A stretch of 64,000 nucleotides of DNA from Capsulimonadaceae bacterium (GCA_965215505.1 OZ244065.1:4320001-4384000), one strand, 5' to 3'. Counted from the first letter of the stretch, positions 37,919 to 48,076 are shown. Numbers and translations are program-made. The notes: generated by a model from the sequence alone, not told the origin.

Positions 37919-40900
37919 ATGAAAACCTGGAAGCAAGCTGTTCACACTCTGTTCCTGCTCTGCGGCCTTCTGCTCCTCTTCGTGCCTTGTGCCAAAGCCC
38001 AATTGACCGACGATGGCAAAGTGGATGTCGTCCAAGCACACTTCCACTTCACAAATCTCGACGGCAGTGCGATCAGCCACGACGTCTTGACAACTGTTCT
38101 GAAAACGCCCCTGCCAAACGCCTCCACCAGCACGAACTACACGGTGACCTATCTAGATGCGGGCCTCCTCCTGTCCAATTACATGGACCAGAAGCAGAAG
38201 TTCGACAGCGGAAACTACAGCGAATACACGATAGACTTCGACCGCCTCCTCGTGGAAGACTTGAGCGCCTGGCTGGGCTTGTTCGGCATTGAAACCTGGC
38301 TCTCTGCCACCGATGTTTACGACTTCATCGCGAGTCACGGCTCAACCTTCAAGAGTCAACTGACGCAGAATTTAGAAGACAGTAGTCTTGACATCTTCAA
38401 CGCGGTCGGCAATCAATACACCACCACACAGACTGTGACCGAGACTTATGGGGAACTTGGCTCCGACATCTATGGCAAGTTCGGCGCTGCCACCGATGGC
38501 ATTTACGCCCTCTACGACACGCTGGAAGCTTTCCGACAAGTCACCGTCAACAACATGCTGGCGGTCTACATGAGGAACTGTTTCGGCACCGACGATGAGA
38601 GCGATGCCAACGCCTGGCTTGTCGCCGAAGTCGAAGCGGGGAACTCTTTGGTTCGGGACGATCTAGACCGCATTCACCTGGACTGCCGCTATGCCTACGC
38701 GCTGAAGCAGAAGCTGGGCGTGATCCAGCCTGACCTCGACCAATACACGAGTGATGTCAAGGCCCTGCTCGTTGGCGGCGTCAAGATCACCTACACGCCC
38801 GATGCGTATGCGCTGCACGCCCCGGTTCAAGTGAATATGAACGCCTCCGGCTCGACGGGAACATTCGGCAGCAGCATTACCAGCTACCAGTGGACCGTAG
38901 ACGGCTCCCAGGTCAGCACTTCTTCGACCTACACCGGAGCTTACTTTGCGGTCGGGCAGCACACTGTCCAATGCACCGTCACCGACAGCACCGGGACACA
39001 GATCACTGGCAAAGACACCATCAACGTCGGCCCGCCGCCGATTCAAGTCACGAACTTCGACCCCGATCATCTCACCGCGACCGTCACGACCCCGGCGAAC
39101 AGCCTGGTCAACAACCCCAACGGCTGCACCTGGAACTTCGGCGACGGGAGTGCGCCGGTGGTCAGCAGCACCAGCACCCCGGTTCCCCACACCTTCCCCA
39201 GCGGCCAAGTTTACACGGTGACTCTGACGGAAGCGACGTTTGTAGACACTACTGTCACCGGCACAACCAGCGTCAACTTCACCCCAAACCCAACGGATGT
39301 CTACAGCTACGCGCTGACCAACAGCGAAGATTGGGGCATCAGCGGCAGCCCCTACCGCATTCATGGGACATTGACGATCCCTGTGGGAGTGCGCCTGACA
39401 CTGGAACCAGGCGTCGTTCTACAATTTGACAACAGGGCTGGAATTAATGTCTACGGCAAACTCATTTCCAACGGGCAGTCTTCTCCTAAACAGCGCGTCT
39501 ACCTGACTTCTTACCGTGATAACTCGCCTCCTTCCCTGCCTTCACCGGGAACGGATGCCGGGCAGTCCGGCGACTGGCAAGGACTTACGTTCTTCCCAGG
39601 CTCTTTCGGCACATTGACAGCCTGCGTGATTCGTGAGGCCCTTAATGGTGCCGCCGGGGATATACCAGTCATCGCAGGCGCGATTTTTGATCGAAGCCCC
39701 GTTTCCACTAATTCACCGATAGCGTTGACGGTGAGCGGGAACGTGTTCAACGCCAGCGGCCTGAGCATCCTCAACAGCAACAGCCAGGCGGGCAGCCGCG
39801 ACGTGAGCGTGAGTGGCAACAGCTTCGGCAGCGGCAGCAGCGCCACGTTCTCCTACAGCCTGGGCGTACTCACGATGAGCGGCAACACCAGCGGCGACGG
39901 CGTTCCCGTCCCGTTCAACTTGGGCCTTGCAAACTCTTCCAGCCTGTCCTTGTCCGGGGCCAACACCTGGACCCCGCAGCCGGGCGTTCACTTGATCAAC
40001 TACGGCCTATTCGTTATGGCAGGCGCTACACTCAACCTGGGCAGCGGCCTGGTCATCCAGAATTACGTCTATTCCAGCTCCTATGTTGCCGGCGACCTGC
40101 GCGGGCCGACCTCCGGCAGCCCCGCTATCCTGACTGCACTCGGCGATGCCAGCCCCTACGGCGGAACGGACAGCGCGGGCAACTCAGACTGGTCGGGGGT
40201 CGCTTACGCCGCCGGACTGACGGCAAACCTTCAAGGGATTGTCATCCGCCACGCCGGCTATGGGGTTCAAGGGTTGCCGACCATCATCACCGGCGGCACC
40301 TTCGACCGATGCGACCAGGCGATTGGCGTGGACCGCACCTCTACCGACTACTATCAGGGGACGCCGCGCACTATCCCCCTGACCCTCAGCGGCAACACGT
40401 TCCTGAGCAGCCGCGTCTCCACGAACTCGCCGGTAGCGCTGACCGTAAGCGGGAACGTGTTCAGTGGCAGTGGCCTGAGCATCCTCAACAGCAACAGCCA
40501 GGCGGGCAGCCGGGACGTGAGCGTGAGTGGCAACAGCTTCGGCAGCGGCAGCAGCGCCACGTTCTCCTACAGCCTGGGCGTACTCACGATGAGCGGCAAC
40601 ACCAGCGGCGACGGCAACCCGGTCCCATTCAACCTGGGCGTCGCAAACTCCTCCGGCCTGTCCCTGTCCAAGATCAATGCCTGGACCCCGCAGCCGGGCG
40701 TTCACTTGATCAACTACGGCCTATTCGTTATGGCAGGCGCTATACTCAACTTGGGTAGCGGTTTGGTCATCCAGAATTATGTCTATTCCAGCTCCTATGT
40801 TGCCGGTGACCTACGCGGGCCGACCTCCGGCAGCCCCGCTATCCTGACTGCACTCGGCGATGCCAGCCCCTACGGCGGAACGGACAGCGCGGGCAACTCC

Positions 40901-41521
40901 GACTGGCCGGGGGTCGCTTACGCCGCCGGACTGACCGCAAACCTCAGTGCCATTACTATTAAACACGCTCTTGTAGGACTGACCGCTGATACTGCTAACC
41001 TGAACAACTGCACCTTCACGCAGAACAGCACTGGTGTTTTAGTCAACAACGGCGGCGGCACCTACCGGAACTGCTCCTTTACGCAGAACCGAATAGCAGT
41101 CCAGAACAACAGCACCAATGTCGTGGATGCGCGGGGCAACTTCTGGGGTGATCCCACCGGCCCCTACAATGCCAAGAGCAATCCGGGTGGCCTGGGCAAT
41201 GCCGTCAGTGATTATGTGTTGTTCGGAACACTATCGCCTGTGCTGACTTCCCTGACGTTTCCCTCCCCGGTCCCCTGCGGCACCGTCCTGACCGCCACCG
41301 TGACACTCAGCAGCGCCGCCCTTTCTGATACCGTCGTCGGCCTGTCCAGCAGCGACCCATCCGTCGTGCGCGTCTCGCAGTCTGTGGTCATCCCGGCGGG
41401 GGCCAGCAGCGCGACGTTCGCGATCAACACGTTCCGCAGCCACACGACCAAGACGGTGACGCTCCGGGCGGCGCTGGACCAAGTAGCCCAAACGAATGAC
41501 CTAACCATCACGGGAAGGTAA
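37919..41521 (+). CDS. large secreted protein: PKD domains, parallel beta-helix region, C-terminal Ig-like domain
   Basis: Signal peptide; SITSYQWTVDG and WNFGDGS (PKD); GSPYRI..LTLEPGV, DARGNFWGDPTGP; internal duplication. Confidence 0.85.
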   Translation: MKTWKQAVHTLFLLCGLLLLFVPCAKAQLTDDGKVDVVQAHFHFTNLDGSAISHDVLTTVLKTPLPNASTSTNYTVTYLDAGLLLSNYMDQKQKFDSGNYSEYTIDFDRLLVEDLSAWLGLFGIETWLSATDVYDFIASHGSTFKSQLTQNLEDSSLDIFNAVGNQYTTTQTVTETYGELGSDIYGKFGAATDGIYALYDTLEAFRQVTVNNMLAVYMRNCFGTDDESDANAWLVAEVEAGNSLVRDDLDRIHLDCRYAYALKQKLGVIQPDLDQYTSDVKALLVGGVKITYTPDAYALHAPVQVNMNASGSTGTFGSSITSYQWTVDGSQVSTSSTYTGAYFAVGQHTVQCTVTDSTGTQITGKDTINVGPPPIQVTNFDPDHLTATVTTPANSLVNNPNGCTWNFGDGSAPVVSSTSTPVPHTFPSGQVYTVTLTEATFVDTTVTGTTSVNFTPNPTDVYSYALTNSEDWGISGSPYRIHGTLTIPVGVRLTLEPGVVLQFDNRAGINVYGKLISNGQSSPKQRVYLTSYRDNSPPSLPSPGTDAGQSGDWQGLTFFPGSFGTLTACVIREALNGAAGDIPVIAGAIFDRSPVSTNSPIALTVSGNVFNASGLSILNSNSQAGSRDVSVSGNSFGSGSSATFSYSLGVLTMSGNTSGDGVPVPFNLGLANSSSLSLSGANTWTPQPGVHLINYGLFVMAGATLNLGSGLVIQNYVYSSSYVAGDLRGPTSGSPAILTALGDASPYGGTDSAGNSDWSGVAYAAGLTANLQGIVIRHAGYGVQGLPTIITGGTFDRCDQAIGVDRTSTDYYQGTPRTIPLTLSGNTFLSSRVSTNSPVALTVSGNVFSGSGLSILNSNSQAGSRDVSVSGNSFGSGSSATFSYSLGVLTMSGNTSGDGNPVPFNLGVANSSGLSLSKINAWTPQPGVHLINYGLFVMAGAILNLGSGLVIQNYVYSSSYVAGDLRGPTSGSPAILTALGDASPYGGTDSAGNSDWPGVAYAAGLTANLSAITIKHALVGLTADTANLNNCTFTQNSTGVLVNNGGGTYRNCSFTQNRIAVQNNSTNVVDARGNFWGDPTGPYNAKSNPGGLGNAVSDYVLFGTLSPVLTSLTFPSPVPCGTVLTATVTLSSAALSDTVVGLSSSDPSVVRVSQSVVIPAGASSATFAINTFRSHTTKTVTLRAALDQVAQTNDLTITGR
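39701..40944 (+). repeat. intragenic duplication (~530 bp x2, 714-bp period)
   Basis: 39701-40230 vs 40415-40944 encode near-identical VSTNSP..AAGLTANL segments. Confidence 0.9.
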
Positions 41522-41634
41522 GAGGGGGTGAGGAACGGGCGGCACGGAGCCAATTGCCAGAGGCACCGCGCCCTGCGCCTGGTTTTCTTGCCGACCTATT
41601 CACTTTGCCATAATAGATCAGGAGGCCATCTCTA

Positions 41635-41922
41635 ATGACGATCATGCTGGAACTTGACCCGACCCAGGAGGCCCGACTGCGAGATCAGGCTGAGGCGTTG
41701 GGGCTTGCCCCGGCTGACTTCCTCAAGCGAGTGGCCGGCCTGGATAATCCGCCGGAACCCGCGGAGAATGTCTTCGCGGGTAAGTCTCTGGCTGATGTGC
41801 TGGGCGAGAGCGTCGGGACGGTGGATAGCGCGGAACACTTCGGCGGACAGCCCTCCGACTTGTCCACTCGGACCGGGAAAGCATTCGGGGAGATGTTGCA
41901 CGAAGAACACGCCCGCCAGTAG
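41635..41922 (+). CDS. putative antitoxin (VapB-like position)
   Basis: Small protein with AGGAGG RBS directly upstream of a PIN gene; C-terminal DLSTRTGKAF. Confidence 0.7.
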   Translation: MTIMLELDPTQEARLRDQAEALGLAPADFLKRVAGLDNPPEPAENVFAGKSLADVLGESVGTVDSAEHFGGQPSDLSTRTGKAFGEMLHEEHARQ

Positions 41923-41928
41923 AGGAAC

Positions 41929-42339
41929 GTGATGACACTGACTGACGCCGGGCCGCTGGTGGCACTTTTGGACAAGAACGACATCCGGCATGTCCCGTGC
42001 CGCGCTTTCCTGCCGCGCCTCTCCCCGCCGATGCGGACGGCATGGCCGTGCTTCACCGAAGCCATGTACCTGCTGGGCAGGACCACCGGCCACCAGGGAC
42101 AGGATCAACTCTGGGAATGGGCGGGGAGCGGATTCCTGGACTTCTATGAGATCACGCCGGAGCAGAGGCTGGAAATGCGTCTCCTGATGACGAAGTACAA
42201 GGACCGGCCGATGGACCTAGCGGATGCCTCCCTGGTCGTGGTGGCGAACGCGCTGGGCATTCGCCGCGTCTTCACGACCGATGGCGACTTCCTCGTGTAC
42301 CGGACCGAGGAGAACAAGCCGTTCGAGGTCGTGCCCTAG
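41929..42339 (+). CDS. vapC: PIN-domain (VapC) toxin
   Basis: LTDAGPLVALLD..H, TEAMYLL, MDLADASLVVVA, FTTDGDF. Confidence 0.92.
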   Translation: MMTLTDAGPLVALLDKNDIRHVPCRAFLPRLSPPMRTAWPCFTEAMYLLGRTTGHQGQDQLWEWAGSGFLDFYEITPEQRLEMRLLMTKYKDRPMDLADASLVVVANALGIRRVFTTDGDFLVYRTEENKPFEVVP

Positions 42340-43446
42340 ATGCACGAAGACCACTACTACATGCGCCGCGCCCTGCGGCTCGCCGCCCTCGGACGCCACG
42401 CAAGCCCGAACCCGATGGTCGGGTGCGTCCTCGTCAATGACGCGGGCCGGATCGTCGGCGAGGGCTGGCACCCGCAGCCGGGACAGCCGCACGCCGAGGT
42501 CTTCGCCCTGCGCGATGCCGGTGTCCTGGCGCGGGGGGCGACCGCCTTCGTGACCCTGGAACCCTGCGCGCATCATGGGCGGACGCCGCCCTGCGCGGAC
42601 GCTCTGCTTGCGGCGGGCGTCCGGCGCGTGGTCGCCGCCATGACCGACCCGGACCCGCGCGTCGGCGGGCAGGGGCTGGAACGGCTCCGAGCGGGCGGGG
42701 TAGAGGTGTCCGTCGGGGTGGGGGAGGCGGCGGCGCGGGCGCTGAACGCGGCCTACCTCAAGCACCGCACGACCGGCCTGCCCTGGGTCGTGCTGAAAAC
42801 GGCCATGACTTTGGACGGCAAGATCGCGACCGAGACGGGCGACTCGAAGTGGATCACCTCCCCTGTCGCCCGCCGTGCCGTCCACCGACAATTGCGGGAC
42901 CGGTGCGACGCCATCCTGACCGGGGTGGGGACCGTTCTGGCCGACGACCCCGCTCTGACGACCCGGCTGATGCACCGACAGGGCCGTGACCCGTGGCGCA
43001 TCGTCGTGGACAGCCGCCTGCGGACGCCGCTTGACGCGCAGGTGGTCCGGCAGGCGGCGGGCGACGGGAAGACGATCTTCGCGACGACCGCCTTGGCCGA
43101 CCCGGCACGGCGGGACCTGCTGCTCTCCTCGGGCTGCCAGGTCCTCGTCTGTGGCGACGACGCGGGCCGCGTCTCGCTGCCCGACCTGATGCGCCGCCTG
43201 GGAACCCGAGGGGACATCATCGGTGTTCTTGTAGAGAGTGGCGGGGCGCTGGCGGCGGGCTTGCTGTCTGCAAGCCTAGTAGGGCGCTGGCTCTGCTTCA
43301 TCGCCCCCAAAGTGGTGGGCGGACGGGCCGCGCCCGGACCGGTCGGCGACCTGGGCACTGCGCTCATGCGCGACGCCCGCGCCGCCTCGTTCCGGCGGGT
43401 GCGCCGCTGCGGGCCGGACATCGTGATAGACGCCCGCTTTGGGTAG
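42340..43446 (+). CDS. ribD: riboflavin biosynthesis deaminase/reductase
   Basis: SPNPMVGCV, HAEV, TLEPCAHHGRTPPC, TLDGKIAT, KWIT, DDPALT. Confidence 0.97.
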   Translation: MHEDHYYMRRALRLAALGRHASPNPMVGCVLVNDAGRIVGEGWHPQPGQPHAEVFALRDAGVLARGATAFVTLEPCAHHGRTPPCADALLAAGVRRVVAAMTDPDPRVGGQGLERLRAGGVEVSVGVGEAAARALNAAYLKHRTTGLPWVVLKTAMTLDGKIATETGDSKWITSPVARRAVHRQLRDRCDAILTGVGTVLADDPALTTRLMHRQGRDPWRIVVDSRLRTPLDAQVVRQAAGDGKTIFATTALADPARRDLLLSSGCQVLVCGDDAGRVSLPDLMRRLGTRGDIIGVLVESGGALAAGLLSASLVGRWLCFIAPKVVGGRAAPGPVGDLGTALMRDARAASFRRVRRCGPDIVIDARFG

Positions 43447-43489
43447 AATGCCCATACCAGATCATTTCGGGAGGTGAGGAGACCGCGCC

Positions 43490-44167
43490 ATGTTTACAGG
43501 AATCATCCAAGAAGTCGGCCGAGTCGAGGCCATCGAGCGCGGCGAGCAGTCCGCCCGATTCACCATCCGCGCCGGGCATACTTTAGACGGCGTGAAGCTC
43601 GGCGACAGCATCGCCGTCAACGGCGCGTGCCTCACCGTGGTCCAGTCCGAGCTGGGCACCGTCGCTTTTGATGCCATCTATGAGACCTTGCAGAAGACCG
43701 CCCTGGGCGCGCTCGCCATCGGCGATGAGATCAACCTGGAGCCGAGCCTCGCCGCTAATGGCCGCTTCGACGGTCACATCGTCCAGGGCCATGTGGACGG
43801 CGTCGGCACCATCGCCTCCATCCGCGAGGTGGATAACTCCTATTACATCTACATCACCGCCTCCCCGACCCTCCTCCGCTATATCGTCCGCAAGGGCAGC
43901 ATCGCGATAGACGGCATCTCGCTCACCGTCGTGGATGCCGACGACAAGACATTCTCCGTCGCCATCATCCCCCACACCTGGGACCACACCAACCTCCACA
44001 TCCGCCGTGCGGGCGACCAGATCAACCTCGAAACCGACATCGTTGGCAAATACATCGAGAAGCTGGTCGGCGGCGACTACCTCCGCGCCGAGACGACCCC
44101 CCTCCGCATCGCCGACCTGGAGCGCAGCGAGCCGGCCCGTTCCGGCCCGATGACCGCCTACCGGTAG
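43490..44167 (+). CDS. ribE: riboflavin synthase alpha chain
   Basis: MFTGII, GDSIAVNGACLTV, GHIVQGHVD, KGSIAIDGISLT. Confidence 0.97.
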   Translation: MFTGIIQEVGRVEAIERGEQSARFTIRAGHTLDGVKLGDSIAVNGACLTVVQSELGTVAFDAIYETLQKTALGALAIGDEINLEPSLAANGRFDGHIVQGHVDGVGTIASIREVDNSYYIYITASPTLLRYIVRKGSIAIDGISLTVVDADDKTFSVAIIPHTWDHTNLHIRRAGDQINLETDIVGKYIEKLVGGDYLRAETTPLRIADLERSEPARSGPMTAYR

Positions 44168-44175
44168 TAGTCAAT

Positions 44176-44436
44176 ATGACGCACCTTTTGCAGATACCTA
44201 CCCCTGCCGCGCAGATGGAGATGACGGAGGCACTCGCCTCAGCGGTCGCGGCAGCGGCTAAACTTTCCGTTGAGGATCAGAACTACATCGCTTGGCGCAT
44301 CATGGAAGAGACCGCTGAAGAACAGAAGTGGACTGACAGCCTCGCCGGCTCCCTCGATGTTCTCGACCAAATGGCAGCGGAAGCTTTACAGGAACATGCT
44401 GAAGGCAAAACACGGCCTTTGGAAGAGCTTTTGTGA
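44176..44436 (+). CDS. putative antitoxin
   Basis: AAKLSVEDQNYIA..EEQKW..LDQMAAEALQEHAEGKTRPL; overlaps the toxin start; start may be 44215/44221. Confidence 0.75.
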   Translation: MTHLLQIPTPAAQMEMTEALASAVAAAAKLSVEDQNYIAWRIMEETAEEQKWTDSLAGSLDVLDQMAAEALQEHAEGKTRPLEELL

Positions 44437-44703
44437 ACTCCAAAACCAAGGAGAGCTTCCGCAAGCGCTTTGAGACTCTTCCTGACGATGTCCGCATCTT
44501 GGCGCGACAAGCCTACCGGCATGGCGACAAGACCCCTGGCACAGCAGCTTGCAGTTTAAGCAGGTGCATCGGAACAAGCCCTACTACTCCGTTAGGATCG
44601 GGCTGCACTGGCGGGCCATGGGGTGAAGACCGGCAATGAGATCGTGTGGTTCTGGGTCGGCTCCCATGCCGAGTATGACGGGCTGCTCAGGCAACTGAGG
44701 TGA
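44433..44703 (+). pseudogene. RelE/ParE-superfamily toxin with two frameshifts
   Basis: Frame 1 MNSKTKESFRKRFETLPDDVRILARQAYR; frame 2 WRQDPWHSSLQFKQVHRNKPYYSVRIGLHWRAMG*; frame 3 (V)KTGNEIVWFWVGSHAEYDGLLRQLR*; single-base losses near 44520 and 44622. Confidence 0.8.
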
Positions 44704-44753
44704 TGTGGGTGCCATTCATGGCGCATCGAACTAGACGTAGAACAGAGGCGCAG

Positions 44754-46007
44754 ATGCCGGACAACCCGTTTAACACAGTCGAAGAGGCCATCGCCGACCT
44801 GCGCGCGGGCAAGATGATCGTCCTCGTGGACGACGAAGACCGCGAGAACGAGGGCGACTTCGTCATGGCCGCCGAACACATCACGGCGGAGGCGATCACG
44901 CTGATGACCCGCCGCGCCTCGGGCATCATCACCGTCCCCATGCCCGAGGAGCGGCTGCTGGCCCTCAACCTGGAGCTGATGGTGCGCGAGAACAGCGAGT
45001 CCATGCGGACCGCCTTCACGATCACCGTGGACGCCAAAGAGGGCACGACGACCGGCAGCAGCGCCGCCGACCGCGCCCTGACCATTCGCCGCCTGGCCGA
45101 CCCGCAGGCGAGGCCCTCCGACTTCAACCGGCCCGGCCACGTCAACCCGCTCATGGCCCGCAACGGCGGCGTCCTGAAACGGGCGGGCCACACCGAGGCC
45201 GCCGTGGATCTCATGCGGATGGCCGGGCTTCAGCCGGTGGGCGTCATCTGCGAGATCATGGGCGACGGCGGCGACATGGCCCGTGTCCCTGAGCTTGCCG
45301 AACTGGCGCGTCAGTTCGACCTGAAGTTCATCACCATCGCCGAGCTGATCAAGTACCGGCGGCGGCGCGAGAAGCTGATCCATAAGGTCGCCTCCGCCAA
45401 GTTGCCGACCCGCTACGGCGAGTTCATCGCCCACGCCTACGAGAGCGACGTGGACCCCGCGCCCTATACGGCTTTCACTATGGGCGACATCGCCGACGGC
45501 AAAGACGTTCTAGTGCGGATTCACTCCTCCTGCGTCACCGGGGACCTGCTAGGCTCGCTCAAGTGCGACTGCGGCGATCAGCTCCACCTCGCTTTGGAGA
45601 AGATCGCCGAGGCCGGGCGCGGCGTCCTGCTCTACATCGAGCAGGAGGGGCGCGGCATCGGCATCACCAACAAGATCAAGGCTTACGCCTTGCAGGACGC
45701 GGGCGCGGACACGGTCGAGGCGAACGTCGCCCTCGGCTTTAAGCCGGACCTGCGTGACTACGGCATCGGCGCGCAGGTGCTTGTGGACCTCGGGGTCAAG
45801 CGGCTGCTCTACATGACCAACAACCCGGCCAAGCTTGCCGGTCTGGAGGGCTACGGCCTGGAGATCGTGGACCGCATCCCGCTCCACTCGCCCCCGAACG
45901 CCTCCAACCGCCGCTACATGGAAACCAAGCGGACGAAGATGGGCCACCTGCTCGCCGAGGACCTGCCCGCCCCGCTGGACGAGCAGGACGGCCCGGAGGC
46001 GGCTTAG
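44754..46007 (+). CDS. ribBA: bifunctional DHBP synthase / GTP cyclohydrolase II
   Basis: DDEDRENEGD, RPGHV, RAGHTEA, VRIHSSCVTGD..KCDCG, QEGRGIG, TNNPAK. Confidence 0.98.
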   Translation: MPDNPFNTVEEAIADLRAGKMIVLVDDEDRENEGDFVMAAEHITAEAITLMTRRASGIITVPMPEERLLALNLELMVRENSESMRTAFTITVDAKEGTTTGSSAADRALTIRRLADPQARPSDFNRPGHVNPLMARNGGVLKRAGHTEAAVDLMRMAGLQPVGVICEIMGDGGDMARVPELAELARQFDLKFITIAELIKYRRRREKLIHKVASAKLPTRYGEFIAHAYESDVDPAPYTAFTMGDIADGKDVLVRIHSSCVTGDLLGSLKCDCGDQLHLALEKIAEAGRGVLLYIEQEGRGIGITNKIKAYALQDAGADTVEANVALGFKPDLRDYGIGAQVLVDLGVKRLLYMTNNPAKLAGLEGYGLEIVDRIPLHSPPNASNRRYMETKRTKMGHLLAEDLPAPLDEQDGPEAA

Positions 46008-46012
46008 AGGAA

Positions 46013-46158
46013 GGGCCGACACACAGGTCGGCCCCTACGGGCATACGGCCACTGCGTAGGGGCGTACCTGCGTGTGCGCCCTTCTGGCTCCGTGTGCGCC
46101 CTGTGATCTGCCTGCTCCGTTCCCCTCCGACTCCCCCAGAATTGGGGGCCGCGGGGCG
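46013..46158. repeat. cluster of palindromic repeats (two GTAG REPs in opposite orientation plus CTCCCCCAGAATTGGGGG element)
   Basis: GGGCCGACACACAGGTCGGCCCCTAC, GTAGGGGCGTACCTGCGTGTGCGCCC, CTCCCCCAGAATTGGGGGCCGCGGGGCG. Confidence 0.75.
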
Positions 46159-46184
46159 ATTTCTTGTGAACATTTTGGGGAGAA

Positions 46185-46664
46185 TTGTCGTATAACATGG
46201 TGACACACGAGGGAATGATGACCGCTTCCGGCCTGCGCTTCGCCGTCGTCCTGAGCCGGTTCAACTCGCTGATCGGGGACCGGCTTTTGGAGGGCGCGCT
46301 GGACACGCTCAGGCGGCACGGGGCCTCGGACGACGACATCACGCTGGCCCGCGTGCCCGGCGCGTTCGAGATACCCCTGGCCGCCTCTGAGCTGGCGAAG
46401 GCCGGAACTTTTGACGCCGTGATCTGTTTAGGTGCTGTGATTCGGGGCGCGACCGCGCACTTCGATTACGTCGCCGGCCCGCTGGCGTCCGGGCTGGCGA
46501 GTATCGCCGTCCAGACCGGCGTGCCGGTTCTGTTCGGCGTCCTGACGACCGACACCATCGAGCAGGCCCTGGAACGGGCCGGGACCAAGGCCGGCAACAA
46601 GGGCGCGGACGTTGCCGCCGCCGCCATCGAGATGGCGAACTTACTGCGTGAAATCCGCGTATAA
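46185..46664 (+). CDS. ribH: 6,7-dimethyl-8-ribityllumazine synthase
   Basis: [50 protein letters not shown]; start may be ATG 46197. Confidence 0.98.
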   Translation: MSYNMVTHEGMMTASGLRFAVVLSRFNSLIGDRLLEGALDTLRRHGASDDDITLARVPGAFEIPLAASELAKAGTFDAVICLGAVIRGATAHFDYVAGPLASGLASIAVQTGVPVLFGVLTTDTIEQALERAGTKAGNKGADVAAAAIEMANLLREIRV

Positions 46665-46722
46665 GAACGTGTCACCGAGACACATTCCGAGAAATAGAAT
46701 TCTGATGAGGTTTGTAGAACAA

Positions 46723-47979
46723 ATGAAGAAAGCAAGCTCCTACGCCGTCGCCTTCACGGTCGGTGCGGCGGCCTGTGCCGTCGGCCTCAAGACCTTCGGC
46801 GACCCCGTCTCTTACCTGGGCGGCAGCGCCTCCAAGCAGGCCGTCCTCGCCTCCCTGACCACCACGCCCCCTATGCACCGGGCCGTCGGCGACTCGGTCG
46901 TGGCCGATGCCGCCGCCAAGGTGGATGCCGCCGTCGTCACCGTCCATACCGAGGGCAAGCCCGTCGGTCAGGCCGGCGCGTTTGGGAACGACCCCATCAT
47001 GCGCCGCTTCGGCTTCGGCGGGGGCGGCCCCGTCACCCCGAAGGGGGCCGGGTCGGGCATCATCATCAGCCCTGACGGCTACATCATCACCAATGACCAC
47101 GTCGTCAAGGACACGGCCAAGCTGACCGTCAACGTCGGCAACACCGCCAAGGCTTACACCGCCCGTGTGATCGGCACCGACCCCATCACCGACATCGCCG
47201 TCGTCAAGATCGACACGGCGGGCGTCAAGCTCCCGGTCGCCCAACTCGGCAACTCCGACGACGTCCGCATCGGCGATTGGGCCATTGCCGTCGGCAACCC
47301 GCTCGATGTCGGGACGACCGTCACCCTGGGCATCATCAGCGCCCTCAACCGCTCCGGCCAGAGCGCCGAGGGGCAGGCGATCCTGCCCGCCATCCAGACC
47401 GATGCCGCCATCAACCCCGGCAACTCCGGCGGTGCGCTCGCCAACATCAACGGCCAGGTGATCGGCATCAACGAGGCCATCCTGTCGCCGAGCGGGACGA
47501 ACTCCGGCATCGGCTTCGCCATCCCGATCAACCGGGCCAAGCAAATCGCCGCCCAACTCATCAAGAACGGCAAGGTCGCCCACCCGTACCTCGGCGTCTC
47601 CTACGCGGCGGTCGCTTCTGTTTCCGCCGATGACCGCGCGCAGACGGGCATCCCCGCCACGCTCGACCAGGGAGTCGTGATCGGCAACGTGTATCCCGGT
47701 TCCCCGGCCGCCCAGGCTGGCCTGCACCGATACGATGTCATCACGCAGGCGAACGGCCAGGCCATCACCGACCAGGACTCGCTGAACAACATCATCCAGA
47801 TGCAGGGCGTCGCAAGCACCCTGACCCTCCGCATCCTGCGCGACGGCCAGCCGCGCACCGTCGCCGTCGCCCTGCGCGAGCGGCCCGCCACCTTCGGCCT
47901 GGAGCAGCAGCAGCAGGACCCGAACCAGCAGGACCAGCAGCAGTCGCCGTTCGGCCAGATGCCCTTCGGCCAGCCGTAA
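46723..47979 (+). CDS. HtrA/DegP-type serine protease with one PDZ domain
   Basis: TNDHV, DIAVVK, QTDAAINPGNSGG; C-terminal PDZ; Q-rich tail. Confidence 0.95.
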   Translation: MKKASSYAVAFTVGAAACAVGLKTFGDPVSYLGGSASKQAVLASLTTTPPMHRAVGDSVVADAAAKVDAAVVTVHTEGKPVGQAGAFGNDPIMRRFGFGGGGPVTPKGAGSGIIISPDGYIITNDHVVKDTAKLTVNVGNTAKAYTARVIGTDPITDIAVVKIDTAGVKLPVAQLGNSDDVRIGDWAIAVGNPLDVGTTVTLGIISALNRSGQSAEGQAILPAIQTDAAINPGNSGGALANINGQVIGINEAILSPSGTNSGIGFAIPINRAKQIAAQLIKNGKVAHPYLGVSYAAVASVSADDRAQTGIPATLDQGVVIGNVYPGSPAAQAGLHRYDVITQANGQAITDQDSLNNIIQMQGVASTLTLRILRDGQPRTVAVALRERPATFGLEQQQQDPNQQDQQQSPFGQMPFGQP

Positions 47980-48004
47980 GCGTTCTGAGCGAGTCGGCTA
48001 CGCG

Positions 48005-48038
48005 GAAGGGCCTCCCATTAGGGAGGCCCTTCTTTTTT
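48005..48038 (+). terminator. rho-independent terminator
   Basis: GAAGGGCCTCCC-ATTA-GGGAGGCCCTTC followed by T-run. Confidence 0.85.
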
Positions 48039-48076
48039 GTGCGCCCGCTTTTTTGTGCGCCGGGTACAATGGAGCC

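Noticed and set aside
39701-40944. Duplication as a diversity-generating retroelement TR/VR pair
   Set aside because: Both copies are in-frame in one gene, differences are not adenine-specific, and no reverse transcriptase is present.
41520-42340. FMN riboswitch upstream of the rib operon
   Set aside because: No RFN consensus visible; the space is occupied by vapBC.
44500-44630. Programmed frameshifting in the toxin gene
   Set aside because: Two separate shifts would be needed and no canonical slippery heptamer is evident; decay or sequencing error is simpler.
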